From the NCBI RefSeq assembly GCF_003704095.1, contig NW_020844993.1, forward strand, positions 1 through 64,000: a DNA stretch of 64,000 nt, written 5' to 3'. The number at the start of each line of letters is the position of its first letter. Position 1 is the first letter of the stretch. Shown here piece by piece: positions 37,375-49,054 of this stretch. The position numbers were made by a program, and so were the translations under genes. The notes beneath the pieces were generated by a model. That model ran no database searches. It was not told the origin of the DNA and worked only from the letters and a program-made list of their open reading frames with translations. Source of the stretch: Pocillopora damicornis (lineage: Eukaryota).

Positions 37375-39575
37375 ATGGAGGAGAAACTAAAATGTTATTA
37401 CAGAGTTGTTTTATCTCGGATTGCTCGAGATCTGGACGAAGAAGAGCTAAAACAACTGTTATTCCTTTGCAGAGGTGAAGTTCCAAGACGTGTTACAAGC
37501 GTTTGGGAACTTCTTGTTTCACTGGAAGACTCGGCCAAGATATCTTGGATGGACGTTTCCTTCCTGAAAAGATGTTTGAACGTTATGGGAAGGGAAAATC
37601 TCGTTGTCATCCTGACTGAGTTTGAAAACAAACGAGGTCTGTCCATTATTTTACATGCCTTCGTCGAGGAGAAGCAAAATGTGAAGCCCATTACCCATTC
37701 GTCCGCGACTGAAGCGGCTTCCCACCTCGTGCGGCTGATGGAAAACTTTTCAGGCGGAGAAGATCTGAGAGAAGTGATAAGAAACACAGGCGAGAAAGCG
37801 GAAGATCTTTGGCGGCAGCTCCTGTCTGAAATTCCTTTCTCAAACCTGACATGGGGAAAATTTTCCATGCTAGTTGCGATTGCCGGTGAAATTATTTCCT
37901 CATCGGCCTCGACTCACCTGAGAAGAGACCATGCAGGAGAAGATGTCATGAATAAGTGTTTGGCTTTAGGAGGAGATCTTTCTTCCTTCATGCTTAAACT
38001 TGGATGTTGGGTAAGTGAAAAAAGGTTTTATGGTGTTAATTCTAAGATTCATTATCTACCAGTTTAGTGGCTGAGGTACAAAATCTGATCAATGCTATCA
38101 TTCAAAACCAGGGCAACAAACATCTTTTCCAAACGCGAGACTAATAAAAGCGAAAGATTGTAGCGGAAGCTGAAACACAAATGGATCGAATCTTACCATT
38201 AAGGTTGGCTCCTACGACTAATTCTTTGCTAATCTAAACTGGAGTGAAGTTTCTATGCAGAATGTATCTCTACCTCAAAAAATGGAGAGTTTTAAGGACG
38301 CAAAGTAAATATCGATTCCGTGTGCGCTGGAAATCACGCGAGAAATTCACATGAAATGATCATAACTTTGTTGTTACGGTTATTAATCGACTGCATATGC
38401 CATTGCAAAAGTTTAAATCTAGTCGTCAACTGTAGACTTATCATGGCGGGTGCTTTCAGTGTGCTGATTTGTAAGCGATCAGACTTTTCATAATAATATC
38501 AGTATCACTATGATTTGATCAGAGTACTCGTAGCTCGAGGCGCCATTTTGTTCACATTTGGCTCTTGAATTCTTATTCTTTCTCTGGTATCTCCGCTTAA
38601 TAATAATTCCGATTAACGATTAAGGCTAACAATGGAACCTCAGCACCTTTTCCTTCAAAAATGTTTAGATCATTTTACTCTTCCTTCTGCAACTTCGAAA
38701 GTTGCATGTAGACTAAAAGATGAAAATGATCCAAACACTGTGATCAATTGATGAATTAAATTGTTTTGCAATTTTACTATAAGTGTGACCATTGATTTCT
38801 CCTTCTACAACGATGGGACGATAATATTTGAGCCGGGGTGGTTAAATTTGAATCCTTGAGGAAACGAAACTCAGAACTCTCGCTTAGTTAACGGGAGGGC
38901 AGCAATCCGTCACTAATTTCCGGATTAGGGAGGCTGCGGCATTTGGACTTTGTACAAAACAAGAGAAGCGTGACTGGATTTCCTTTCACAGTGCTCTGGA
39001 ATGTAGATATTGAATGTAGAATCTCGGATGTAAATCTTAGTTATAAATCTTCCATGCAACTTGAAACCACGGCTTCAAAGGAGCCATTTTATAGCAAACA
39101 ATGAACAGTATGAACGAGTGGCCTAGATAAACAGAAACAACATGAGGATTTCAAATGTCTCAATTGTCTTTACCGAAGTTCTAGAAAGTTTGATAAAGAA
39201 ATTAAAATTAGATTTTATGTCGCGTCAAATAAATAGCTCCTTAAATTGGCCAAGGTCCTTTGAAGGGAAAAGGTCTTATCTTCGGCCAAAATGCCACCCT
39301 ATAGCTATTTGAACGTTGCTGAATCTCGTATTGAAGCTTTGACTTTGGGCAATCAGCGATAATAATGCAATGAACATAAAGGAAAACTTTATTTAAAGTA
39401 AACACAACAAGTCATGTTTCCTTCTTCACCACATTTTCAGGAGCAGTTCTGTAGTGATTTAGAGAAACGTTTTAACCGGATTTGTAGACGAGATGTCAGT
39501 CGCAACTCACCCTTGTCTTTTTGGAGACAAGTGGCTGACACGATTGGAGATTTGGAGAACGAGATCTTTTTCTAG
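37375..39575 (+). CDS. DED + Bcl-2-like domain protein, type A copy A5; exons 37375-38010, 39441-39575
   Basis: Closest paralog of A1. LLFLC..GRENL, LTWGKFSMLVAIAGE, LGCW|EQFC. Donor TGG|GTAAGT, acceptor TTCAG|GAG; ends LENEIFF*. Confidence 0.86.
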
Positions 39576-40344
39576 CTGGCGATCCTGGCTACAATGAGTT
39601 GGGTTGGTTACCCAATGATACCCCCTGAATGGCTGTGATAAGGCGCCTGTTGAGCTTCGCCTGGGATGAAACATGAGCTGGGGTATCCAATCCCCGGGAA
39701 GTGCCCCGCGAAGCAAGCAGGTGACTGTTATCTCAGTCTCAGGATAATACCCTTGTTATTAAGAACAAGGGGGGGACCAGGAAACCGAAAACACTCTAAA
39801 AACCTCGCCGAATATCATTTTCCAACTTCTTCAAACTATAGAGAAAGTCTTAGAGATTTGAAATTTCGAGCCAAGATCATAGGCTAACCCCTTATGAAAA
39901 ATCCGATATGGCTGCCATATAAGTCAATCCAGAAAGAAACAAATGAAAAGTTATAGTGAGGTTGCTGGAATGCAATAGCAAACGAATGATACACTTTAAG
40001 AAGGTTTGAGTATCTTCATTGATGCTACCTCAGTGGGTGACAGGACTTGAGAAGCAGACCAATCTTGAAAAAGCTATAGTTGAAGATTAAAAGCAAATTT
40101 CACACAGTTTTCATCTTTATCCCATACGACATTATCTTTGCACTCCCTGTTCAAGTGACAACCCCTCAGCCCTTAAACTGTCTGAGTGGCAGCAACTCTA
40201 CCATAGGCACTTTTCTTGTTTCCATAAATATTCGCAACCTAAATAGTATACGAATAAAAAACGCTGACTGAAACTTGTTTGAAATTGAAACTTTTGATAT
40301 TGATGCGATTTGAGAATTTTCTAATGATCGAGTATTACACTGAA

Positions 40345-41285
40345 AGAATGACTAAAGATTGAAACCAAGAAAGATACACAGTAAGAAATTACCACAATTT
40401 ATTTTATTTTAGCTTACTTTCCTCGAAGATATTAGCTCTACAGCTACACTGTGAATTTCGAGCATAAATAAAGTATATGTATGTATGTATGTATGTATGA
40501 ACCAAGAAACAAGTTGAACAAGAAGCAAACCAAGTACCAAGCAAAATTAAAACAACTTATGGTGGAAAAAACGAAAAACTATACAACAAAGACTGCATTA
40601 CGCACAACTTATGGCGGAAAATCGAATAACCTTACAATGACAAAAAAACATTGCTTACTACTTATGGCGGAAAAAAACTACTCAATGCAAAAGCAAACTG
40701 AATTATGACTTATTGTTGACTCAAGTGCCAAAGATAGAATGTTACAACGTATATTTAGGTATACGCAAAAAACACAACTGGATCGTCTTATGTATGCTTT
40801 AATCATACTACAGAACTTGAACACTGTTGAATAGACTGGAGTTGACTTTGTCCACCAACGGCAGTAATGTTCTTCTCGATAAGCTCATCAGACGTTGTTT
40901 TTATGATCGGCGGTGCAAGTAGGCGGGTAGGGATAGGTATAGTCCCCTGAGACGAACATATCATGGGTTGAGAGAGGGGGGGGCATATAATGGGGTGGGG
41001 GAGAAGGGCTGGGTGGCAAAGTCCCCATATTTTGGTGCCAACATTATCGCAATAGCAGCGTAACATTGGGTTATGGAAATATTCAACCTCTTGATCTTCA
41101 TACAAATCGTTCAACTGCACTTTGGCACTTGGTGAAAAATAGTATGTTTCAGAGTCATCATTTAAGAAACAGCTTTCTCGTGCAGGCAACATATCGATTA
41201 CAAACACATAAGGCACCTAAAGGCTTTCCAAGTAGTTTGCGTGTGCCAAACAACTATGCAGATGACATTTTGAGAAAATTCAGAA
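40345..41285 (-). mobile_element. Unclassified dispersed repeat of about 0.95 kb with decayed ORF, copy 1
   Basis: Second diverged copy at 47112-48119. Internal (CTTATGGCGGAAA) subrepeats; the reading frames are not conserved between copies. Confidence 0.65.
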
Positions 41286-41337
41286 AAGCTCTAAAAAGCT
41301 TGAGTGTATTGAGATTTCACCACGCAGAACAGAGACT

Positions 41338-41585
41338 GAAAAGATCTTCTGTTTCCAGAAAAAGCTTTTCTTGACGCCATAATTTAGTACGAATAAAAAA
41401 AAAAAAGAACCTGGGAAGGGCGCATGATAATTTAGTGCTCTGAATATCCGGGAACTTAAAAATTACGTCATTTTCGTCTCACTACAACAGAAAGATGAGA
41501 ATCGTTTTATACTCTGATTAGCTATATTAGGTGGCTGATGGAATGCGCAGAAGTGTCTTCAACAGGAAATTTGTCCATTCGAGAC
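41338..41585 (-). pseudogene. Type B remnant B5: promoter plus first ~14 codons of a B3 paralog
   Basis: ATG at 41380 gives MASRKAFLETEDLF; the DNA matches the B3 start (ATGGAGTCAAGAACAGCTTCTTCTGGAGACAGAAGATCTTTT). The upstream sequence matches about 32890-33085. Confidence 0.8.
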
Positions 41586-42426
41586 AATCACTGTGCAGCT
41601 ACGTAAATGCAAACGTAGAGAATTTACTATCATAGGTAGTTAGAAGAAAAATATAGTAAATTCTGAAGTTTACTATTAAAACTGAGGTAAATTTGAAACT
41701 TCAGCCGGAGAGAGTCGTGTTATGTAGCTTGTGGCATTAAATGCAGTTTCACGCAGAAGAAAGTAAAATCGAAACTCGTTCTCGCTAAGATAGATCTACA
41801 CACATTCATCCTCTGAAAAATTTGGGAAGATAGAGGATCTCAAAAAAATGAATGTTTTCAATTTGCCAAAAAAACAGTTTGATTTCGATAAGTACCTTCC
41901 AAAACTAGGCATAAAAAACCACTAACGGTAATGAGTCACCAGCATGAAGGAAACAAATTAATGATGCCGGGTGAAAACCTTGAAAACGGTTGTAGCTTGA
42001 TCACTTAAATGTTCTGAAGTTCTGTTGTTAACATTCACAAGTTTGGAAACCAATACTTTCTCCGATTTATACACCAGTATATAAACTAGTATTCCACAAC
42101 AGAGAGCTAACGAAATGACAGCCAACATGCAATTTAAATATTTTAATTTATTTTCATCTCTCTTCAAAATTCAATTTCAAATCATTACTCTTCAACTATT
42201 TTGCTATGACTTGTTTATGCATTTTGGTTCATGTTCTATAATTAAACATGTTTCTTAAATATCTATACATGTTTGTACGTGTGTTTCACATTTTTCTATT
42301 CTTTACAGTTTTTTGAAGTTACAAGCTTAGTACATTTAAATTTTTTAAATACGTTACGTTTCTGTGTATAGGCACATACACACAAGAATGTGACAGGAAC
42401 ATGGCATCCTGTAAAGTAAGTATTTT

Positions 42427-42564
42427 GACTGCCTTTTAGTCTGGTTTCTCTCCGCTGATCTTTCCGGCTTGGTTGTACCTGCCAGAGGCTCACATGCCTC
42501 CGCCGGCTGAGTTCTCAGGATCATTGAAACGCACAAGCCCCTCCACCACGGCAAGGTGGCAGTC
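42427..42564 (-). ncRNA. 138-nt conserved structured element, copy 3, downstream of B6
   Basis: About 3 substitutions versus copy 2, no indels, sense to B6. Confidence 0.7.
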
Positions 42565-42730
42565 TATAAGAGGGGACGTCTAGTTTTTGAATATTCGAAA
42601 TCACACCACTTAACGTTCTTAACTCATCCTTAACGCTTTACGTCTCAAAATAGTACTGTATTTGCAGTCACGTCCACGCACCACTTAACGCCCTTTAGTC
42701 ACGCGTCCTTACGAGAGCCTCACGAGTGCT

Positions 42731-44444
42731 CTATGTCTCAACGTAGAACTGTAGAAGCCTTCTTATCTCCCTCAGCGATTCTGGAATGTCTGTTCCGCTG
42801 TTCAGTACTCCTCGTTGCGACCTGACAAACTTCTTAAAGGTTTTCTGATAAATGAAAAAATACATGCATTAGTTAAATCGATGCGAAATCCCAACCAAAA
42901 ACGAATACAATGTACCTGTCTCTCCGTTTAACACTTATCCTTTGGTAAATATTGCACTTAATTCGAAACACAGGAAGTCTTTTCTTATTGATCAAAAATT
43001 TCAAAGGATTCCAAGACTAAACAAATGTAGGATAAATTTGCATAACTGTCTCATTTTTCAGCTTGGATATTGATATTGGCTGTTCAATCATGCATGAGTT
43101 AGAATAAACGTTTTAATCGCTTACTTTGATGGCGAAGTTAATAAACTTACATTAAATCAACGCAAAGAAACGATCGAGACTGATTGATTCAATACTTTGA
43201 TCGTTTCTTGTGAGCAGCAGGTTTCCTTTACACTTGCAGTTGGAGTCAACCTACTCAGTTACAAAAATGTCTGGCACAGACATGCACAGCATTCCATATA
43301 AATTGAAAGTCCACTCTTCAGAATGCTCCCGAGGAGCAGAGCGTCACAAACCGATTAAGCCGATGATATATAGCTAACTCGTCAAGTGCTACCTCTATGT
43401 TAAGTCAAAGTGAAGCTGGTAATGATTAAATACCAAGTAACGATGCATATGAAGTTGCAACTAAAGTTTGTTTCTATTCCGTCATGTATACATTATTATG
43501 CGGCGACTTTGTTGTCAGGACACAACTTTGTTGAAAGATACAGTCACACGTATTTTCACCTTTAACTCTATCTCAGTCTTAGTTACGTTTTCCTTCATTT
43601 TGTGTTAGAACCTGTGGCTGATGGCGGCGTAATATCGAAAAGATGTAGTTATAATAGTGATGTTTGATTCACTTACCATTCCACCATTCTCTAAAATCCA
43701 TTCTGCTAACAACTGGCTTGTTTTCGTTCCACTAAAGGCGCATACGTAAAACCCATCTGATGCCAACACATCGACCGGAGTTCCGAAATAAAGACCATAC
43801 GCGCCATACAACTCACCAATAATCACGAGGTAAACCATAAACCCAGACCAAGATAGATCAGAGCGAATAATTTCGTCACAAATACGCAGAAAAGTGCCAT
43901 CAACATCATCCATACCATCGTACATACCATCCATTCTACTCAACTGATTCAAAATTTCCTCAATCAAACGCTTATTCCTTGTTTTAATTCCTAATAAAAG
44001 ATCGACAACCCTATCAGAACGACCAGCACACTCCGAGAGACTGCTATCTTTCCGGACACAATCGCTTAACTTCACGTAACCTTCAACAATGTTGCCGAGA
44101 AACATACGTAATTCCACCTGCTTAAGCTTCTGAATTATATCCTCTCGACCAATCTTCGATAAATATCGCTCTAAAAATGATACATCCTTAACTGACAACG
44201 TGCTATCCTTAACAAGAAATTCAAACAACTTAAAGATATCATCATCACTTTCAAGATTTACATCCAACTTCGACCCCGGTACATCGCCTAAGCACAAAAA
44301 CCTCAATGCAGCCCTATCATTAATGCTTAAATCTCTCACACATCCAACTACAAACTCTTTCAAGACAGAGGGAATCTGATATTTCAACAACCCTTCTCCT
44401 TGTGCAAATGGTTTCAGCCTTGAAGTTGCCGTCGGCAAAGCCAT
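42731..44444 (-). CDS. DED + Bcl-2-like domain protein, type B copy B6; exons 44444-43677, 42844-42731
   Basis: DED (LRFLC..IGREDI), LSWSGFMVYLVIIGEL, WILENGGM|KTFKKF. Donor ATG|GTAAGT, acceptor ATCAG|AAA. Confidence 0.85.
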
Positions 44445-45157
44445 GACTCAAAGTCACAATTTCTAATAAATTAGGAAAGACTGCGCATCATAACCCTCTC
44501 ATTCAACATCCGGGCACTTACTCGACTTGCAACCCGGAAACCAACTTCGCCTTCGGCTCGATCGCACTAGCGTCGTTATTGCTTTCCGATGGAGATCTGG
44601 GCCGGTTTGTTCCTAACCAAGGCTTGGTGCATATTTTTCATTAGTTTTTTACTCCTGCAAAGGGATTTTTCTTTTGTATTTTTTCCGTTAATCTCGAGTC
44701 ACACTAAGATAAAGCCCAACAAAATCTAACCTGTCATACGCGCTCTCCTACGTAGGAAATTAAAGCCCAAGTTAACTTTTAATGCTAGATTAACGTTAAC
44801 CCCCTTTCGAAAAATTCGGCCCTGGGCTTTACGTATAATGACACACGCTTTGGAGGGTGACTGATATATAGTAAGCCGCATAAGCAATGTTTTAAGACGC
44901 CATCGAAATTCGGAGGAAACAATTTAACAAAAAATCAAAGACAAAATAAAATCATCTATATTTCCTGCACGCCTTGCGTTCCTATCTATAAAGCTCTCTA
45001 TTGGGAACAGAACAAAAAATAGTTGCCGTGGTTTCTCTCAGTAGATTATCATTAATCATTTACAATGCCCTTTTATGGTGCTTGTTTGGGCACCTAAGAT
45101 ATAAAGGGTCAGGCAGACCATTTTTCGTTCCCTCTACCGCCATCGACGACACCCGCC
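44445..45157. promoter_or_regulatory. Putative bidirectional promoter between B6 (-) and A6 (+)
   Basis: 713 bp separate the divergent ATGs. CArG CCTTTTATGG at 45069-45078, TATAAAG at 45100, ETS-like CCGGATGT on the minus strand near 44510. Confidence 0.6.
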
Positions 45158-46690
45158 ATGTCGTCACTGACGAACGAGGACTTTGACAAACTTCGACGGG
45201 CTTATTCGGTTGTTTTGGACCAGATTTCTCATAAACTGGATCAACTTCAGCAGGATAAGCTTCGTTTCTACTGTTCTGGACTAATACCGACGGAAGATAG
45301 AGGCTCTTTAAACATTTTGCGTTCATTAGAACATTCGGATAAAATTTCCTGGGCCAATGTTAATTTCTTGAAAGAGGCTTTAAGAGCAATTGGAAGATGT
45401 GATCTCGCCAAACTGCTAGAGACGTTCGAAGTTAGACGCGATCTAACGCTTCTTCTGGATTTCTATGCCAGAGAGAGACTTGAAGAGGATCCCGTTTACG
45501 TTCCCCTTTCGCTGAAAACGACCGCGCGTCATTTGTTGACAATCGTCACAGAAAACGAACACGAAAGCTGCAGATTTGACGGCACAAGAATGAGAACACT
45601 GGTGGAGGCAAACAAGAACATCCTCCAAGTCTTCGAGGAAGAAGTTGATGTGCGTAGTGGAGTGAACTCACCGTGGAGTAAACTGACCATGCTTGTGATA
45701 ATTGCAGGAGAAAGCATTGTGGCGGCACAAGCTTCCAGAAGCGACGACATACGCAGGAATGAAATGCTAGAGAAGTGTTTCAGTTTCGTTGAAATGCTTA
45801 GCTACAGGATGCTCGAACTTGGCAGCTGGGTAAGCTAAGAAAATCTTTCGTTCAAAAGTTTTAGCGAGAAGAATTTTCATTTTTCTGTAAATATTCAATG
45901 TTTTGTTCCCAGAATAAGCTACCTATTCCCAGAATTATTAAAGTGCGATGGCGGAAGTTGTCAGTTGTATTGATAAAGATTGTCAGTTTAATTATAGTTT
46001 GTCGCGCCGGAAGTCCACTTTAAAATGGCTAGTTTAGTTTGATTGAAACCGATCACAAATGACATTATTTTAGCAGTGAGGAGGCAGTACCAAAATTTAG
46101 CCTTTTTTGAAAGAGGCTCGCAATTCGTTCTCGTCAGTTCGATGCTTATGCGTAATGTTGTTTTTGATGGAATGTTATACTTTACAGCTCGCACGCTTTA
46201 AAAAGCTCAACCTTCGTAATATGTACTACAGGTGATAGTTAATACCAATCAAAACCAATAATTAAAAGTAAGATTGAAAACAATGATCGTCAAATTCCGA
46301 TACGATCATTCGGAAGATAAACGCATCGAAAGTAAACTTTAATAATTGGTTTCCAGTCCATCCTCTAGCTGTGAACTGGTTACCAGTTTCTACTCGCGTA
46401 CATACTTAATTTTTTTTTTTTTTTTTTTTCAAATATCATTATTGCTTTTTCTTTTGATCAATTTACCATGAATCTACTTCGTTTTAGCCGGTGGTTTAGA
46501 ATAAATGAGGCAGCCCGAAAATTTTTAGTGTTGCTCACAAATTTACAATAATCCCTTTCAGGATGATTTCTGTGATTATGTGGAGGAAAGATGCATTGAG
46601 GTATGGGGTCAGCGGGAAGGGTGCAACCGCAGCAACGCAGACGTAGCAGACGTGGTTCGACAACTGAGAGAATCTCCTTTTTTCCTTTAG
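45158..46690 (+). CDS. DED + Bcl-2-like domain protein, type A copy A6; exons 45158-45829, 46562-46690
   Basis: DED (LRFYC..IGRCDL), RDLTLLLDFYARE, SPWSKLTMLVIIAGE, LGSW|DDFCDYV. Donor TGG|GTAAGC, acceptor TTCAG|GAT. Confidence 0.85.
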
Positions 46691-47111
46691 ATAGATAATT
46701 AGTATAACAGCCTTAATCAGCGTAGCAAGTTTCCAGAGGATCAGGGGGGAGGTGTCACTTACCCCTCCCCTGAGCCTTGCACTTCTGTAGAATAGCAGGC
46801 GGTCTGGATCGCGCGGTTGCATGACAAAAAAAAAAAAAGGAAAAAAAAAGCTGCGAAGTAGAGACGCATTTTTATGTTTCATTTCACTTTAATTTTTCTC
46901 ACAGAGTATAGAATGTGTTACGTGCTGGCAATGGAGTGGAGCTCCACTTCATTGTTTTAGCACTTCGCTTTTAGCGCGCGTGAAAGACCGCTCTTTTTTT
47001 TGGGGGGGGGGGGTTGATTTATCATTGCCTACATCTTCCTTCTGTTGAAGTCTAAGAGTTCTATCCTCACTTCACCAGACTGACGCTCAGTGACTGACAC
47101 TGACTACAACC

Positions 47112-48119
47112 AGAATGACCAAAGATTGAAACCAAGAAAGATACACAGTAAGAAAGTACCACAAATGAACCAAGAAACCAAGAAACAAGTTTAACAAGAA
47201 GCAAACCAAGTACCAAGCAAAAATGAACACACAACTTATGGCGGAAAAAAAAACGAAAAACTATGCAACAAAGAAAACTTACTTACAATTAATGGCGGAA
47301 ATATCGAATAACTCTACAATGACAAAAGAAAACCTTACTTACTACTTATGGCGGAAACAAAATTACTCAAAAAAAAAAACTGAATTGTGACTTATAACTT
47401 ACTCAAGTGCTAAAGAATGAATGTTACAACGTATATCTAGGTATACACAAAAACACAACTGGATTGTCTTATATAAGTTCTAGTCTTGAAGTATTAGAGT
47501 ATATAATAGTTACTTATATAGTATATACTTATATATATATTATATACTTATATACTATATAAGTATATCTTATATAAGTTCTAGTCTTCTTACTAGAACT
47601 TGAACGGTGCTGAATAAACTGGAGTTGACTTTATCCAATTATTGCAGTGATGTTTTTCTTGGTAAGCCCATCAGGCGCTGTTTGCATGATCTTTTAACAA
47701 TGTTTAAGAACGCTGATTTTTCAGTCCTTTTTCACGGGCGGCTCTACAAGTAGGCGAAGTTAGGATAGGTATAGTCCCCTGAGACAAACATATAATGGGA
47801 CGGGGGGGGTGCTTATAAAGGGGTGGTAGAGTGGGTGGTGTAGTAAAGCTCTCATGTTTCGGTGCCATTATTATAGCAATGGCAGAATGAAATTGGGTCA
47901 TGGAAATATTCAGCTTCTTGATCTTCATACAAATCGTTTCATTGGGATTGCACTTTAGCATGTGGTGAAAAAAAGTATGTTTCAGAGTCATCATTTGAGA
48001 AACAGCTTTCTCACACAGGCCACAGATCAATTTCAAAGACATAAGGCACCCCATTGCTTTCCAAGTAGTTTGCATGTGCCACAGAACCATGAAGATGACA
48101 TTTTGATAAAATTCAGAGA
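47112..48119 (-). mobile_element. Unclassified dispersed repeat, copy 2 (see 40345-41285)
   Basis: Shared blocks, e.g. AAAGATTGAAACCAAGAAAGATACACAGTAAG and TTCAGAGTCATCATTT; it has an AT-rich insertion at about 47485-47590. Confidence 0.65.
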
Positions 48120-48619
48120 TGCTATGTGCTTAGTTTTGCATGCCAAGTATCTGCAAAATCCAAGGAAACAGTAATTCATACCACTGAAGGTTTATTATCT
48201 GTCTACATCTTTACACGTTTGTGCGTTTATTTCATATTTTTGCATGATCCAAATTGTTCGGTTTTTTTTTCAAAGTAGGCATATTTCACGCATTTTACGG
48301 TTTGAACCTGGGGATAACATGTGATCGAGTGGTCTGAAAAAAGTGACCGACTTTTCGACAACCTGAGCGGAAGTCAACATCAGAGTCTTCACCAAAATTT
48401 CAGATATTGTACTCTCATTATCTTAGTAGCCCGTGGGTTGATGCATTTATATAAATAAATAAGTTTACTCCGCGGGATACTCACGAGCAACCAAGATTGT
48501 CCCTTCTTGTGTAACTGTAAAGAAAACGTTCGATCTCATTGCATTAAAATTTTGAACGCAAACTTTTATCTCATCGGACGTACTGCTTAAAAAAAATTAA
48601 GGAATATCACTTTGGAAAT

Positions 48620-48890
48620 ATGACCGAATAGAGAAAGATGTTTTTCGTCTTGTCACGAGCGTAGAACAAAGCAACAATTTCAAGTCTCAATGTGGAATCG
48701 AACCTCAGACCTACGGGTTCCTCGCTACGAAGTTCATAAGACACGTGCCTGCATATATATACTGCTATAGGATCAACAATGTCGATAGCGTCATGTTTGT
48801 AAATAGAATAAGAGAGATGGTAAGTTAAGAGCTCGGTAAAGAAATAGGGAAAGATGTTTTTTCGTCTTGTCACGAGCGTGGGACAAATTC
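48620..48890. mobile_element. tRNA-derived SINE fragments
   Basis: GATGTTTTTCGTCTTGTCACGAGCGT occurs twice, plus GGAATCGAACCTCAGACC; same family as 15385-15705. Confidence 0.7.
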
Positions 48891-48987
48891 CCAATCGATG
48901 AATCTTCATCCAACGATACACTTAAATAGTGTTATACGCGCGTAATATTAATAGTTGTCTTGGAGTGCATGTACGTCATTAACCCGC

Positions 48988-48997
48988 CCAAATATGG
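48988..48997 (+). promoter_or_regulatory. CArG box of gene A7
   Basis: CCAAATATGG preceded by TACGTCA. Confidence 0.65.
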
Positions 48998-49054
48998 TAT
49001 TGTGCAGCATTTTTGGGTATAAGAAGTCGGTCATGCAATCGATTGGCACAAAAT

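Noticed and set aside
41958-42167. Small ORF with a hydrophobic stretch
   Set aside because: AT-rich, non-ATG start, no homology or exon context.
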